64,000 bases of DNA from Marsupella aquatica (taxonomy: Eukaryota; Plantae; Marchantiophyta), in the NCBI GenBank assembly GCA_973895155.1, contig OZ316896.1, forward strand, positions 19,270,754 through 19,334,753, written 5' to 3'. The notes under the pieces are model-generated. The model was given only the letters and a program-made list of their open reading frames with translations. It was not told where the DNA came from and made no database searches. Shown here piece after piece: positions 52,831 to 64,000 of this stretch (the first letter of the stretch is position 1; each line of letters starts with the position of its first letter). A program made the position numbers and the translations under genes.

Positions 52831-53990
52831 CAATTTACCGAACGATCTTCTTCTAGCAGTCACTCTAACCAATTTTTGTTTGATGCAATGACAATTGCGT
52901 TTCCAAAAAACTCTGTGGTCAACCATGACTGTAAAGAAAATTGCACCGTCAAATCTCGCACCCAACCTTGCACGATCAAACAAAAAAAGGTCAAACGATG
53001 CGGCTAGGGGAAACACGAAATGGCAGCCGCCGCTACCCAAACTACGAAGTGAAGACAATATGGATTATGTCTTTGGATTTGAACCGTGGACGTTACACGA
53101 ACTGCGAAGTGAAGACAAAATGCATTATATCTTTGGATTTGAATTTTTACCATACCGCGGGGTAGTTATAGGGCTTACTTTCATGTGCTCCACACAGGGT
53201 TTTCTTGGCATTTTTTATATGTGCCTATCAGTTCGGAGGACATGTGAGGTTGATATGATCATGGTACTTCCACTAGGGCCATTTCTGTCACTGGCCTTTG
53301 GGCACTTGTTTTCTGTCACTAGGCGCTAGGCACTCGGCTTCAATGAACAACCTGAAGGTATTGACAGAACCTGAGCATCGAGCATTGACAAAAGCCCAAG
53401 CATTGAAAAAACCAGAGCGCTTCCCTCCCGCAACGCAAGAATCAAAGAACGATGATTGTCAGGTAGCAACGACAACCCTAAACCCCTCACAACACACGAA
53501 TACATAATGCAATATGTCTTCATGGCTAAGCCCACCCCCGCCCTACTTAGAACCCCGTTGTCGACTGTGTTGTTGGTCACTTGGTTGGTAGCATGGTTCA
53601 CTATGGCGCGAACCATGGTGGACTAGACTTAAACACAAAGTGTACAGCATAGGGCTTGTTGTGGTCAGCTACCGTGAGTTTGACACCTCACAAGAAGAGT
53701 GAGTACGGCTCATTAAGATGGGGCCTATTAGGTAAGAAAAGTTTTGTAAGGGCCCAACAAGTAAGAAAGTTCCACAAGAGAGCCCATCAAGCATATATCT
53801 CCAAGGAGCTTAACTTGTCCATCCCAACTGGGTGTGTAACACACTTAATCACTAAGTGACATTCAAATTTCACATTTCCAAACTGTTTTTGGAACAGTAT
53901 CTCATTTTTGAGACAAATACCAAGATACCACGTGGAATTTTTCCAGGCGCCCTAACCAACTAGTACAAAGTGTGGGTTTTCGAGGCTTTA

Positions 53991-54309
53991 CACCGTGCTA
54001 GGAAACAGGAAAATGATTTCCTATTATGAGCAAAATTTTACTGTTATCAGCAAAAATGAGATATAAAAAATTTCTCATTAAAACTTAAAATTTTCAAAAT
54101 ATTTTTTAAAATAATCATTTTTGGCTAGCGCCAGGCGCTACTATTACTAGCTTGGGGCGCTAGTAAAAAAATGTCAAAAATTTAAAACCAAAAAAAAAAA
54201 ATCCAAAAAAAAAAAATTCACAAAAAATTTCAAAAAAAATTCAAAAAATTCTCATCCATTTTGCTGTTTCCTGTTTCCTGTTTCCTGTTTACTGTTTCCT
54301 AGCACGGTG
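53991..54309. mobile_element. MITE with 18-bp TIRs
   Basis: CACCGTGCTAGGAAACAG / CTGTTTCCTAGCACGGTG, with subterminal CTGTTTC repeats and an AT-rich interior. TA on the left flank; the right flank is imperfect. Confidence 0.75.
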
Positions 54310-55882
54310 GTTATACCCTGGGTTTTCTAGCAATCTTGTGCATATTTTTGGACAACTTTATGGATCTCTGTTCAAGTTCAAAGTTTTCTAGCATGTTCTT
54401 TGATGTCAAATCTATTGGTAACAAAGTTTGAGATCATTGTTTTGTTCCATTTCTAATGACTGCAAAATTAGTCAAATATTATAAACTGCCAATGGACTTT
54501 TGTCAAGGAAATCTTCAGTAGTTTGGGCATGAGCAACAACTTACCACTATGTGGAAGGATGCTTCACTTTTTTGAACAATACTTTCAGTAGTTTGTCATG
54601 AGCAACTGCTTCCTACCACATAAACAAATTGAAACCAGTTGGAAAGCCCATTTATAGGTCACATCTCAATCAAAACTGTAAAGAGTGTTATCCAAGCATT
54701 TCTTGATGTTTCAGCATCAGTGCATCCCAGCTTTCAAAATACAAAGCTAGGATGGACTGGGCAAACCCAAATGGACCAGACCAAGCACACAAATTTGCTC
54801 AGATATTGTTGTTAACACTTTAATTTGTCCAAATGGTAACTTTGTAAGTGGCCAAATCACCATGATTGCAAGTTCCAGTTCATTTTGGTCTTTTCTTCTG
54901 AACTATGCATTGAGCAGTTTTCTGAACCGTCAAAAACAAATGAACTCATTTTCACAAAGGTGCTGTAGTTTTTCTACACACCGGCTCAAGAATCTAGTGC
55001 ATTGATCTTTTGAAAAGTGAGAGTGCAACTTGGGAGTGCATTGTTGTGGAATCTTGTTTTTCAGAGTATTGTTCTTGTTACAAGGAGCCTTAGGGTACTT
55101 TTGCCGCTATGGAGCAATGCCTAGAACAAGGGGAAATAGGGTTCATGGTCAACACCTGCTTATATTGGAGAGCTTGGCATGCAGTGGGAGTTTACCATCC
55201 ATTTCCAAGATTTACCATCCACTTGGTGTCTGTTTCTCTCACAATCGGGTAGAACATGGTGAGTCTCCTTGTCACAGTCCACTGGATTGCCAGGGACTAC
55301 ATTCAGTCCATCCGGGCTTTGATGCCACGTTGCACAGGGACCCCAAAATTTTCATTATTATTTTTGTGCAAACCGAGATGGCACTAGGGTAATCTGGGCA
55401 GCAGGATGGTTGGTTGAGTTTACTGTCCTGTGAAGCTGTCGGTCTTAAAACTACTTCTTGGCATTAAAATGCCATAGATTGTCAAATTGAGCAAATCTAG
55501 TTCTACCAAATTAGAGGTTGGATGGGCCAAATCTTGGTCCCTGCCCATCCCCATGGATTGCAAATAGTCATCGGCCAGTTTTCTCCAAAAACTATAAAAA
55601 GAACCGGTGACATTTTGGATGGAACTTTTGGATTATCCGTTCACTTTTGTGAAAGGTACCCTAAACCCTAGTAGTTTGGGCTTGAGCAATGAAGGACACT
55701 TCTTCATTGTTGTCTTCACATAGGATGTTGTTCGGTTGAAAATGATGCCCTGAGAATGTTGCACGACTAGTTCCCGGACTAGTTTGGGCTGCTCAAATGA
55801 CCACTTTTGCAGAAAACTCCCTGAGTAGTTTGGGTCTGAGCAATGAGGATGATTTTTGGTTTTGTTTTCGTCGTTGCAGACT

Positions 55883-56020
55883 TTACTCATGAAGCTGTTT
55901 TGTAACAAGAATGCTCGGAGTACACTGCAGAATAGCAACACTAAAGTTGTTACTCAGGAAGCTGTTTTGTAATAAGAATGCCCCGAGTACATTGCAGAAT
56001 AGCAACACTAAAGTTGTTAC
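55883..56020. repeat. ~67-bp tandem duplication
   Basis: TTACTCA.GAAGCTGTTTTGTAA.AAGAATGC..CGAGTACA.TGCAGAATAGCAACACTAAAGTTG occurs twice. Confidence 0.85.
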
Positions 56021-56733
56021 AGGGATTGAAAAAAAACTCTCATTCCAGCGCCGGCAACTGATGCTACAGAACTTTGAGTACTCTAATTAAAACAGACTAC
56101 AAACGGCCACAAAACTAGTCACATCACATTCAAAAAATGAGCTTAGAAGGTGCAAGAGATCCTATTTCATCATTCTGAGAAAGTCTATCTGAGATTTGCC
56201 AGTCCATCTGAGCTTAAGTTTCAAGTTCTTATCCTAAAGAGGTTTTAAGGATATTCCTTATTTTGGAGACTTTGAAACTTGGATGGTCATTGCCCACTTT
56301 CCAGCCATGAGGATAGGAAAAAGATTTCAGACTGGCCGCCGAGTTGAAGACATCTTTAAACTCTCTTGCTTTGGGCACTCATAATATTTCAAAATGTGGC
56401 TGGAATCAAACCTAAATTTGTTCGTTGGAAATAGCAGTTGGTGTCCTTGACTCGTCCAACCACTAAGGAGAAATCTAACTTGAAAAATATCATTCAGAGT
56501 CACCTAAATAGTGTTTAGCTCAGATGTTTTGACTCTATGAGAAAATTAAGTGAGTCTAACCAAGATGACATGGATTAGAAATAAGAAGTTTGATTTTGAT
56601 ACAAGAGCATTTTGGAATCTTATCCAAGCTTGGAGATTTGGATGGAGATTCCATCCAAGCCTGTAAATCCATTTATTTTGTCTTACAATAAATCTTCAGT
56701 TTGATTTTGTGAAGGTGCAAAGGGAAGGGGTAA

Positions 56734-58580
56734 TGTTGTGAACCTCTCAAGAGAAACTAAAAACAATAGAGGGGGTTTACAATCTCTACATAGGAACTTC
56801 AACTGCATCATCAAATGGAGGCCCAGTCCATTTGAGGAGTTTTCCTCGGCCTCCACCTAGTCCTTTCCCTGCATTAATGGCCAAAGAACAATCCTCAAAG
56901 GACATAGAGTGGTGGACCTCGCCACCCAGCTCCCTCACCAATCCCAGCACTTGCGCCTAAGTGCCCTTGGTGCCCGAACGCCTCCACGGAATACCTCGAG
57001 CAAACATCCATATGCCTCTAGCACCACCAGCGGCCACTCCCATACGAAGCCGCACGTGCTCACCTACACGACCGCTACTCAACGGTCCTCACTGTCTGCA
57101 CAAGCAACCAAGCACCTCGGTAAGTAACCCCACCGGATCTAGAACTCGCCAAGTCTAGCATCCTAACTCAAGCTCAACAGACGTTGGTAAATAGGTCAGC
57201 GATAGGTCCTCCCGATGGCATAAGTCGGAACCAGAATCCACGCCCACTGTCCGTCCAGGACAGCTCCTTCCTTGGGCGCGGCCTGGGTTCCCCCTCGTAT
57301 CTATCCATCACCAACTGACCGCCCTGACCTCAGGACATGCTCATGGCCCAAATAGCGTAGCTTGTCCTAAAGCTTGTCTCAACACGCCGGGACCAGAACG
57401 GCCCCGACTCGAACACCCCCTCCCGGTACGCCCCACTGATGGTCTAGGGACCGAGCGCCCTTGGGACTCAGCCTCCTTACCTACTTGGCCTTGCCCCCCC
57501 AACGCAAGCTCCCTTGGGAGGCTGAACGCGGCTTGGCTGCTGTTCGACAGGATTTGGCAAGCGAGCAAGCTAACACCCGCAAACCACAAGAACCCATGGC
57601 ACCCCCAGACCCAGCTGAGCTCAGGAGGACGTAGCCCTCCTCAAGAGCTTTCCAACGCACCTAAGAAGTCCTCCAACGGGCTTCCCGTTGGGAAGATATC
57701 GTCATTTCCGTTTGGTGGTTTCCCTTAGTGTCGCGACCGCCGCGGCTCACGACTTCGGCTCGCCCTTAGCCCCCAGGGAGACACCACTCCCCTCATATAT
57801 GCTTCTGGAGACCTGCCACCCCCGGACCAGCTTTGGTCCCTAAACATTTGGCCCCCAACCCGGATCCTATCGCGCATAATGGGCGCGGCACCAACTGGCA
57901 ATGCCCATAACTTTCTTGATAGGCATCCGCAAGCAGAGTGCCTTAGCCCGTTGTGACCGGGCCGACCCAGTGCTCATGCCTAGGCCCTCAGGTCTGATCG
58001 CCGCTTGGGGCCCTCGACCAGCCAAACTCGGATCGGGCCACAACTTGCGCCCCAAGTGTCCATTACCAATGGCAACAACTCCATTGGCCTTGGGTCCAAG
58101 AGGAGCTCACTCCCAAGCCCTCAGAACTCAAAGCCCATCCGATGGTCCGGATGACCACCCTTGAGCCCGGCCGATTTCCCCTTGACCCAACCAGCCATAG
58201 GCTAGTCCAAGTCCTTGGTGTGTGTCCCCAGCTTGGCCCCGTGCCTCGCTAGTGCCACGTCTCATTGCCCACAAGTCTCCCCATGCTAAGTCCTCCTCGG
58301 ATGGCCTATCCGGGCCTGGACCATAAGGGAGCTCGGCGTCGGAGTCAGCGACGCCGGAGCTAAGTGTTAAGGTAGTCGAGTTCTGCGACTCATAGTAATT
58401 GATAAACAGTCTACAAAGGTGGTTCATGAATGCAATGGTTTGGGCCCTTGGCCTGTGCCTGCAGGGTTATGTTGTATAACCTCTCAAGATAAGGAAACAT
58501 AGTAGAGGGGATTTACGAACTCTACATATGAACTACAACCTCTACATATGAACTACAACGACAATGTCAAAGGAGGGCCC
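56734..58580. mobile_element. GC-rich TE remnant bounded by diverged ~90-bp direct repeats; shares a TATA-containing block with 42466-42540
   Basis: AACCTCTCAAGA...TAGAGGGG.TTTAC.A.CTCTACATA.GAACT.CAAC occurs at ~56740 and ~58458. CCCCTCATATAT.CTT..GG.GACCT.CCACCCC.GGACCA.CTTTGGTC occurs at ~57789 and ~42466. Confidence 0.45.
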
Positions 58581-60596
58581 AAATCTTTGAAGTTGAGGGA
58601 AGATTTCCATGACACACCCCCCCCCCTCCCCCCATCTACTGTTAGTAGTCCTTTCCTTCTCTAGTCTCTAGCATAAATCCCATAGGAACAAATAATATGG
58701 ATTACTAAACGTTCATGATATATAATGGTTGCTTTCAACCTTTGTTAAAGGAAGATACTCTAGAATTCAGCTACAACGAATCAAAACAGTAAAAAATATC
58801 TGGATAACAACCTACCATCCATTTGGTGCCCATAAGTCTAGAGAAAGCCGCTCCATGTATTAATACTTTGTCAACCCACCTATCCTAACTACTCACGAGT
58901 TGACTATTGAATACGATTGAGAATAGGTCTTCCGTAGATTCAATCTATGGTATTGTGGAGTGAATAAAGTGGTACTGCAGGGCACCACCACTTGTCACCA
59001 TATTTGTGATCAATGGTGGTCTAACCAAAGCACACTTTCGAAGTGGGTTGCTGATCATGTCAACCCAAAGCAGGTTCGCTCCCCAAAATAAGGAGCTCCT
59101 ATGACCCCTCTCACAGACATCTCGACCCCCATGAACCTATGTAGTTTCACACACATAAGTGTATCATCTATGTATGATTTATATAAAAAACTATAATACA
59201 TTGTTGTGCCCAAAAATATAATGATCATCATTCAAATTTTGTGGGCTATTTAGTGTGAAAAGAATGAAAACCTGAAAAAGTGGAACAAATAAACCTTTAA
59301 TGAATTATATTTGGTTTGGAGTGTTTTTCACAACAAGAAAAAAATGTTAAAAATCATGACTTAAAAATATTATTTTTTACATTGTGAAATCTATCCATCT
59401 AAAATCATTTTTACACCGTCAAATTGCTCACTAACAGGGATTAAGAGAGAGGGGCTCTAAGTCTAGCTCTAACTTACAGTTTACAGTATACTTTCGTCTA
59501 AGGAAGTATAGACGAGTAGGTTAACACATTCCCACAAGGGGGTTTGTCTAGGCTACCAAGGCAATTGGTGAGTCTGTTTTTTCTTTCTTTCTGAAAACTG
59601 ATAACTTAAAAAATTATAACCACCAAGGCCAGGTTGGCTAGATCATAGCTTTAAATCCCTTCAATATAGGGAGGAAAAACACATGGCTTTCACTAGGTTT
59701 ACTCCACATCCCAACGGAGTTAGAGCATTCCCACCTGCCACTGCAATGCCTGAATGGTGGAGTATTTAGCAAGAGGTGCTTGCCAACATGATTGTCTGAC
59801 CCGCACAGGCCATGGGGATTTGAAAATCTAGCTTCATGCTCCCCAAGAGCGCCCCCACCCCCTCCCCTGCATGCCAAAAACTATTGAGTTGGGCATGCAC
59901 AGTTAGAGCCCCCCACCCAAACTTGCAAGCCATCAGACATACAAACACAAAACTGGAACTGGCAGAAGACAGCTTTGTGCTCGGTTGTTGTGGACCATGA
60001 AACCACTAAGTGTGGTTTGGGTGGCCCTCATTCCTCGTGCAAATCACCATATGGCCACCATAGACGAGATTGAGACCACTTACCTTGCCAGGGAGGCCAA
60101 TATAGGGTTGCAAATAGCGCACAGGCTGTGGGATGCTGTTAGATAGAGCACCATTGATATCCTTTTTCCTCACTTTTATGAATTTGATGAGCCTGTTTGC
60201 ATCTTTCCCTAAAGCAAATACTAGTACAAAAAACCCTTAGTTAAAAGAAACATTTAAGTAGTTGGACTTGGGAGTGGCAGAAGTGACTGGGCTCTAGGGG
60301 TTATTTAATGTCGGATTTAATGATGCTTCTAGTTTGCCCTGTCTCACTGCCAAAACCAAAATTTTAAAAATAGTTTTTTACTAGGTTACCCCCTAAACTG
60401 GGCATTACTACAATCCTGACCCAACTATTTTTATTACCATACTGTCCCCCAAACAGTATACAAGTGTACATAACCTGTATTCCTGCCCACGGTAACATGT
60501 GATCGGCCCTCCATCGACCCAGGTGGGTTAGCCTAGCCCACATTGCTCCCCTCTGGCCGTCCATGCCCTCACATTGCCTGTGAGTGCCCTGTGAGC

Positions 60597-60988
60597 CCAG
60601 GTTTAACCTGACGGGCATGTTTACGGCTTGCTGGGCACTTAAAACCGTGAAATGACGGTCCCAGAACGGCCACTTTGACGTATATTCCCCATATTCCCCT
60701 GGACTCCCCCGTCCCCGGACTCCCGACCCGGCCCAGCTCCCGACCTGCCCGGGACCCCGCCCGAGCCCACCCAAACTTGGCCCGGACCCCACCCAGACCC
60801 AGCCCAGACCTGGCCTCCCGAACCCATCCCGAACCCCCTAAACACCCGGCGTGAACCCGGCCCGGGCCAGCCCAGGTCGATCCTCACACCCGGACCGACC
60901 CTGACTCCGGGAGACTGGGCAACCGGGTTTACAAGTTTACGGTTTTACGACAAAAATCCCCCAATTTGACCGGCAAAGTCAAACCGGG
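60597..60988. mobile_element. GC-rich MITE with 8-bp TSD (hAT-like)
   Basis: TSD CTGTGAGC at 60589-60596 and 60989-60996. Short TIRs CCAGGTTTAAC / GTCAAACCGGG. The interior is dense in CCCG/ACCC motifs with CpG retained. Confidence 0.7.
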
Positions 60989-61396
60989 CTGTGAGCTGAT
61001 TCCCAAGCGCCTAAACAATCATTTGAGTTATGGATCCAAAGTGTGAATTGATGCTTGTCCCGATGACAGAAGCAAGTCAGACCAAATGTGAGGCACTCAA
61101 CTTTAGACCCTACTTGACTTTTTCTGACAGAAGAATGGGGGTGCACTCTCATTGCCCGACTGGGAAGGAGCTGGTGGGACTTCTGCGGGAGCTCAGGAGA
61201 AACCATATGATGCGGACAGCCAGAGGAAAGCAATGGTGGTCTAGACTAACCCACCTGGGTTGGTGGAGGGCCAATCACAAGCTAACGTGGGCAGGAGTAC
61301 GGGTCATATACACCCATATACTATTTGGTGAGCAGTATTTTAAAAAATAGTTTGGGGGTCTGGATTGTGATAACATCTAGTTTGGGTAGTAACCTA

Positions 61397-61778
61397 CACT
61401 GTTCACCGTAATTAGTGTTATGCAAGAATTAGTGTTAGTGCAAAATTAGTGTTACTAACACTAATTTTGGTAAAAATGATTTTGAGTCCAAGTAACACTA
61501 ATTTTTGTCGGTTTTCAAAATGAATTTTTTTCAGTTTAGTTTAAATTGCTTGTAAAAAACAGATGATCTCTAGTCCAAAGTAACACTAATTGTTGTGGAT
61601 TTTTTTAAATAGTTTTTCTCTTTGTATTTTGCCACTTTTAAGACCATAGTAACACTAATTCATGTGCGTGAAAATAGTGTTAGCACAAAATTAGTGTGAC
61701 TAACACTAATTCGCGAGTAGACCCTGAAAATGGGCGCTCTCGAATTAGTGTTACTCACACTAATTACGGTGAACAGTG
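61397..61778. mobile_element. 382-bp MITE, copy 2 (CACTG termini, TA TSD)
   Basis: About 6 substitutions versus 45448-45829, counted by eye. The empty site GTAACCTAGTAAAAA is visible in the opposite TIR arm of the host element (reverse complement of ~60375-60389). Confidence 0.92.
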
Positions 61779-61883
61779 TAGTAAAAAGTTGTTAAAAAAT
61801 AAAGGCTTGGACTTAGGGACTAGAGTGTATTCCCAGGAAGGGTTCCTCATACCCAGACTCCCCACACCCTGCCCTACTCAGAA

Positions 61884-62051
61884 GAGAGATATACTTGATG
61901 GACCCCTAAATTGAAATGTCTTATTTGATAGACCCCCTGAGACCCCATGAGCTCTTGGGTACATTGATTTGGGATCTATCAAGGGTCTGGATCACTCATG
62001 GGTCCATCGAGAAACACTTTACATTTTGGGGGTCTATCAAGTATCTTTCTC
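61884..62051. mobile_element. 168-bp Mutator-like MITE
   Basis: TIRs GAGAGATATACTTGATGGACCCC / GGGGTCTATCAAGTATCTTTCTC, with a 10-bp TSD CTACTCAGAA at 61874-61883 and 62052-62061. Confidence 0.8.
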
Positions 62052-63364
62052 CTACTCAGAAACATAGTCTAACTTTAAATTGATAGAGGTTACTTGGTTG
62101 ATAAATTTTACTCAAAAACCCTTCATTTTCAGTCACAGCGCAGCTCTAAGACCTCTAATAGACACAGTATTTGTAATATAATAATTCATACATTGTATAG
62201 TGCACCATTTATTTGATTGCACCATCACAATATTGACAGCAAATGTTGAATTTGGTAATGTAGCACGAGGAAAAATGACCCATGACAACAAATATGGAAT
62301 TCTATATTTCTATATAATGAATAATGATAGCACAAGGACAAGAGACAAATGACTACACATATTGAATTTTTACAATGATAGCACAGTCAAGGACAAATGA
62401 CAAATGACCAATGACAATAAATATATATAACTCTAGAATAATTGTACAAGGACAAGAGATGCACCACATGATTGACTTTTAAAGGGGGCTTTACATCAAT
62501 GATGGTACAACAAATGATAGCCACTTTCCAGATTTTGCTTTGGGAGAGAAGATCCCAAAGGCAAGAAACCCAATAAAAAAGAGAAAACAAGAAAACTACC
62601 AAAAAATGGGGAAGTCCCCCACAATAGCTAAAGAACTCAGGGGTATAGATCACCAAACTTAAAAAGCTTGGTAGCTTCACAGTAAACTGCATAGGGGGGT
62701 TTTGAAGAAGAGTTTTACTAGAGGCCCTAAAGCCAACCCAACCTTGGACCCACAAAGAACAGTGGATACCTGAGCCCCGATTGGGGCTAGTAATTAATAA
62801 AATTGAGAGACTATAGCAAGGCAAGGAAGCTCAAGCTCTTCCAGGTGAATTGGAGAGGGCTCCATTTTAGTTTTACAAGATATTGAGAGTCTGGATACCT
62901 GACTGGGCACCCAGCTATAGTAAAGCCACACAGTTCATTTTAAGGCCCCAGATTTAATGTAAAAGTGCATGAAATGAAGACCATGCTCCTGGTCTCGTAG
63001 CCGCCGTTACAATATGCTTGTGAGTGGGAAGGGCAGTGGGAGCTTCTTGGTAGCAAATGCACAAGAATTCACAAAAAGGAGACACTCTTTGGGGCTAGTA
63101 ATTCAACACTGATGGAGAGACTATAACAAGACAGTAAAAACAAATCCAGTACAAAAGCAGAGAAGCTTGAGTTTCAGGGTGATTGACTGGTCCATTTTGG
63201 TTATATATGAAATTGAAAGCTGATACCAGAATGGACAACCAGTTATAGTCAACAACTACTACAATAGTTTCCATTCATTATAATAATACAGATGCAGAGA
63301 GGAGAAAGGATTCCCCCTTATTTACATGTTATCTCTATTATTATCAAGGAACATATGATCAGGC

Positions 63365-64000
63365 AAGTGTGTACATAATCTGAAACAATAGCATAGTAAC
63401 AACAATCTGAAACAATAGCAAGGTAACCACAATTAGAAACAATAGCAAGGTAACTACAATATGAAACAGTAGCAACGTGAACACAATCCGAAACAAGAGT
63501 AAGGTAACCCTAAGTGTGTACACAATCCAAAATAATAGCATAGTAACAACAATTTGAGAAAATAGCCCGGTAACCACAATCTGAAACAATAGCAAGGTAA
63601 TCACAATACGAAACAATAGCAACGCAAACACAATCCGAAACAAGAGTACATTAATCCTAATTGTGCACACAATCTGAAACAATAGCATAGTGACAACAAC
63701 CAGAAACAATAGCAACTAAAGGTAACCACAATACGAAACAATAGCAACGTAAACACAATCCAAAACAAGAGTAAGGTAACCCTAAGTGTGTACACAATCC
63801 GAAACAATAGCACAGTAACAACAATCTGAAACAATAGCAAGGTAACCACAATCAGAAACAATAGCAAGGTAACCACAATAAGAAACAATAGCAACGCAAA
63901 CACAATCCGAAACAAGAGTACATTAATCCTAATTGTGCACACAATCTGAAACAATAGCATAGTGACAACAACCAGAAACAATAGCAACTAAAGGTAACCA
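63365..64000. repeat. 27-bp minisatellite with 272-bp higher-order structure, running off the right edge
   Basis: Monomer GTAACCACAATCTGAAACAATAGCAAG. Variant blocks recur 272 bp apart (63490/63762 and 63637/63909). Confidence 0.9.

Larger units (their letters stand above)
50215..53799. mobile_element. Mutator-like element (outer member of a triple nest)
   Basis: The left TIR GAGGTATATGTTTGATGGGCCC...AACTTTCTTACCTGATGGGCCC is the inverse of GGGCCCAACAAGTAAGAAAGTT...GCCCATCAAGCATATATC. A 9-bp direct repeat TCCAAGGAG lies at 50206-50214 and 53800-53808. Confidence 0.7.
60361..61800. mobile_element. Old long-TIR element carrying two nested MITEs
   Basis: 60361-~60565 is a diverged inverse of ~61213-61396 plus 61779-61800 (e.g. 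ACCCAGGTGGGTTAG / CTAACCCACCTGGGT and TCCTGCCCACG / CGTGGGCAGGA). No TSD found. Confidence 0.65.

Noticed and set aside
63359-63987. Hydrophobic repeat 'membrane protein' ORFs
   Set aside because: They are a by-product of the 27-bp minisatellite, and the frame breaks with each 272-bp unit.

Overview
Land-plant nuclear DNA. Short GT-AG introns, CT/GA-rich 5' leaders, compact genes and CpG-poor intergenic DNA suggest a bryophyte, possibly a liverwort (inference only). The first 32 kb hold four recognisable genes. These are an ATX3/4/5-type trithorax H3K4 methyltransferase (minus strand, running off the left edge, with a 109-aa internal duplication), an intronless D-hexose-6-phosphate mutarotase, a three-exon plastid ribosomal protein bS21 gene and a five-exon PFA-DSP/Siw14-type phosphatase. 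An unidentified decayed coding-like tract lies at 27.8-29.6 kb. The rest is nested transposon debris, with many boundaries fixed by target-site duplications (TSDs). It includes a Bianca-like Ty1/copia element with a half-tRNA-Ile primer site inside a Helitron minisatellite, a Mutator-like > LINE > LTR triple nest, a solo LTR, CRE-like non-LTR fragments, several MITEs and minisatellites. The most notable observations are a 2.35-kb Mutator-like insertion 32 bp before the bS21 start codon, a group of TA-flanked CAC...GTG MITEs, and the unidentified relic ORF. No prokaryote-type system, CRISPR array or RNA gene was found.
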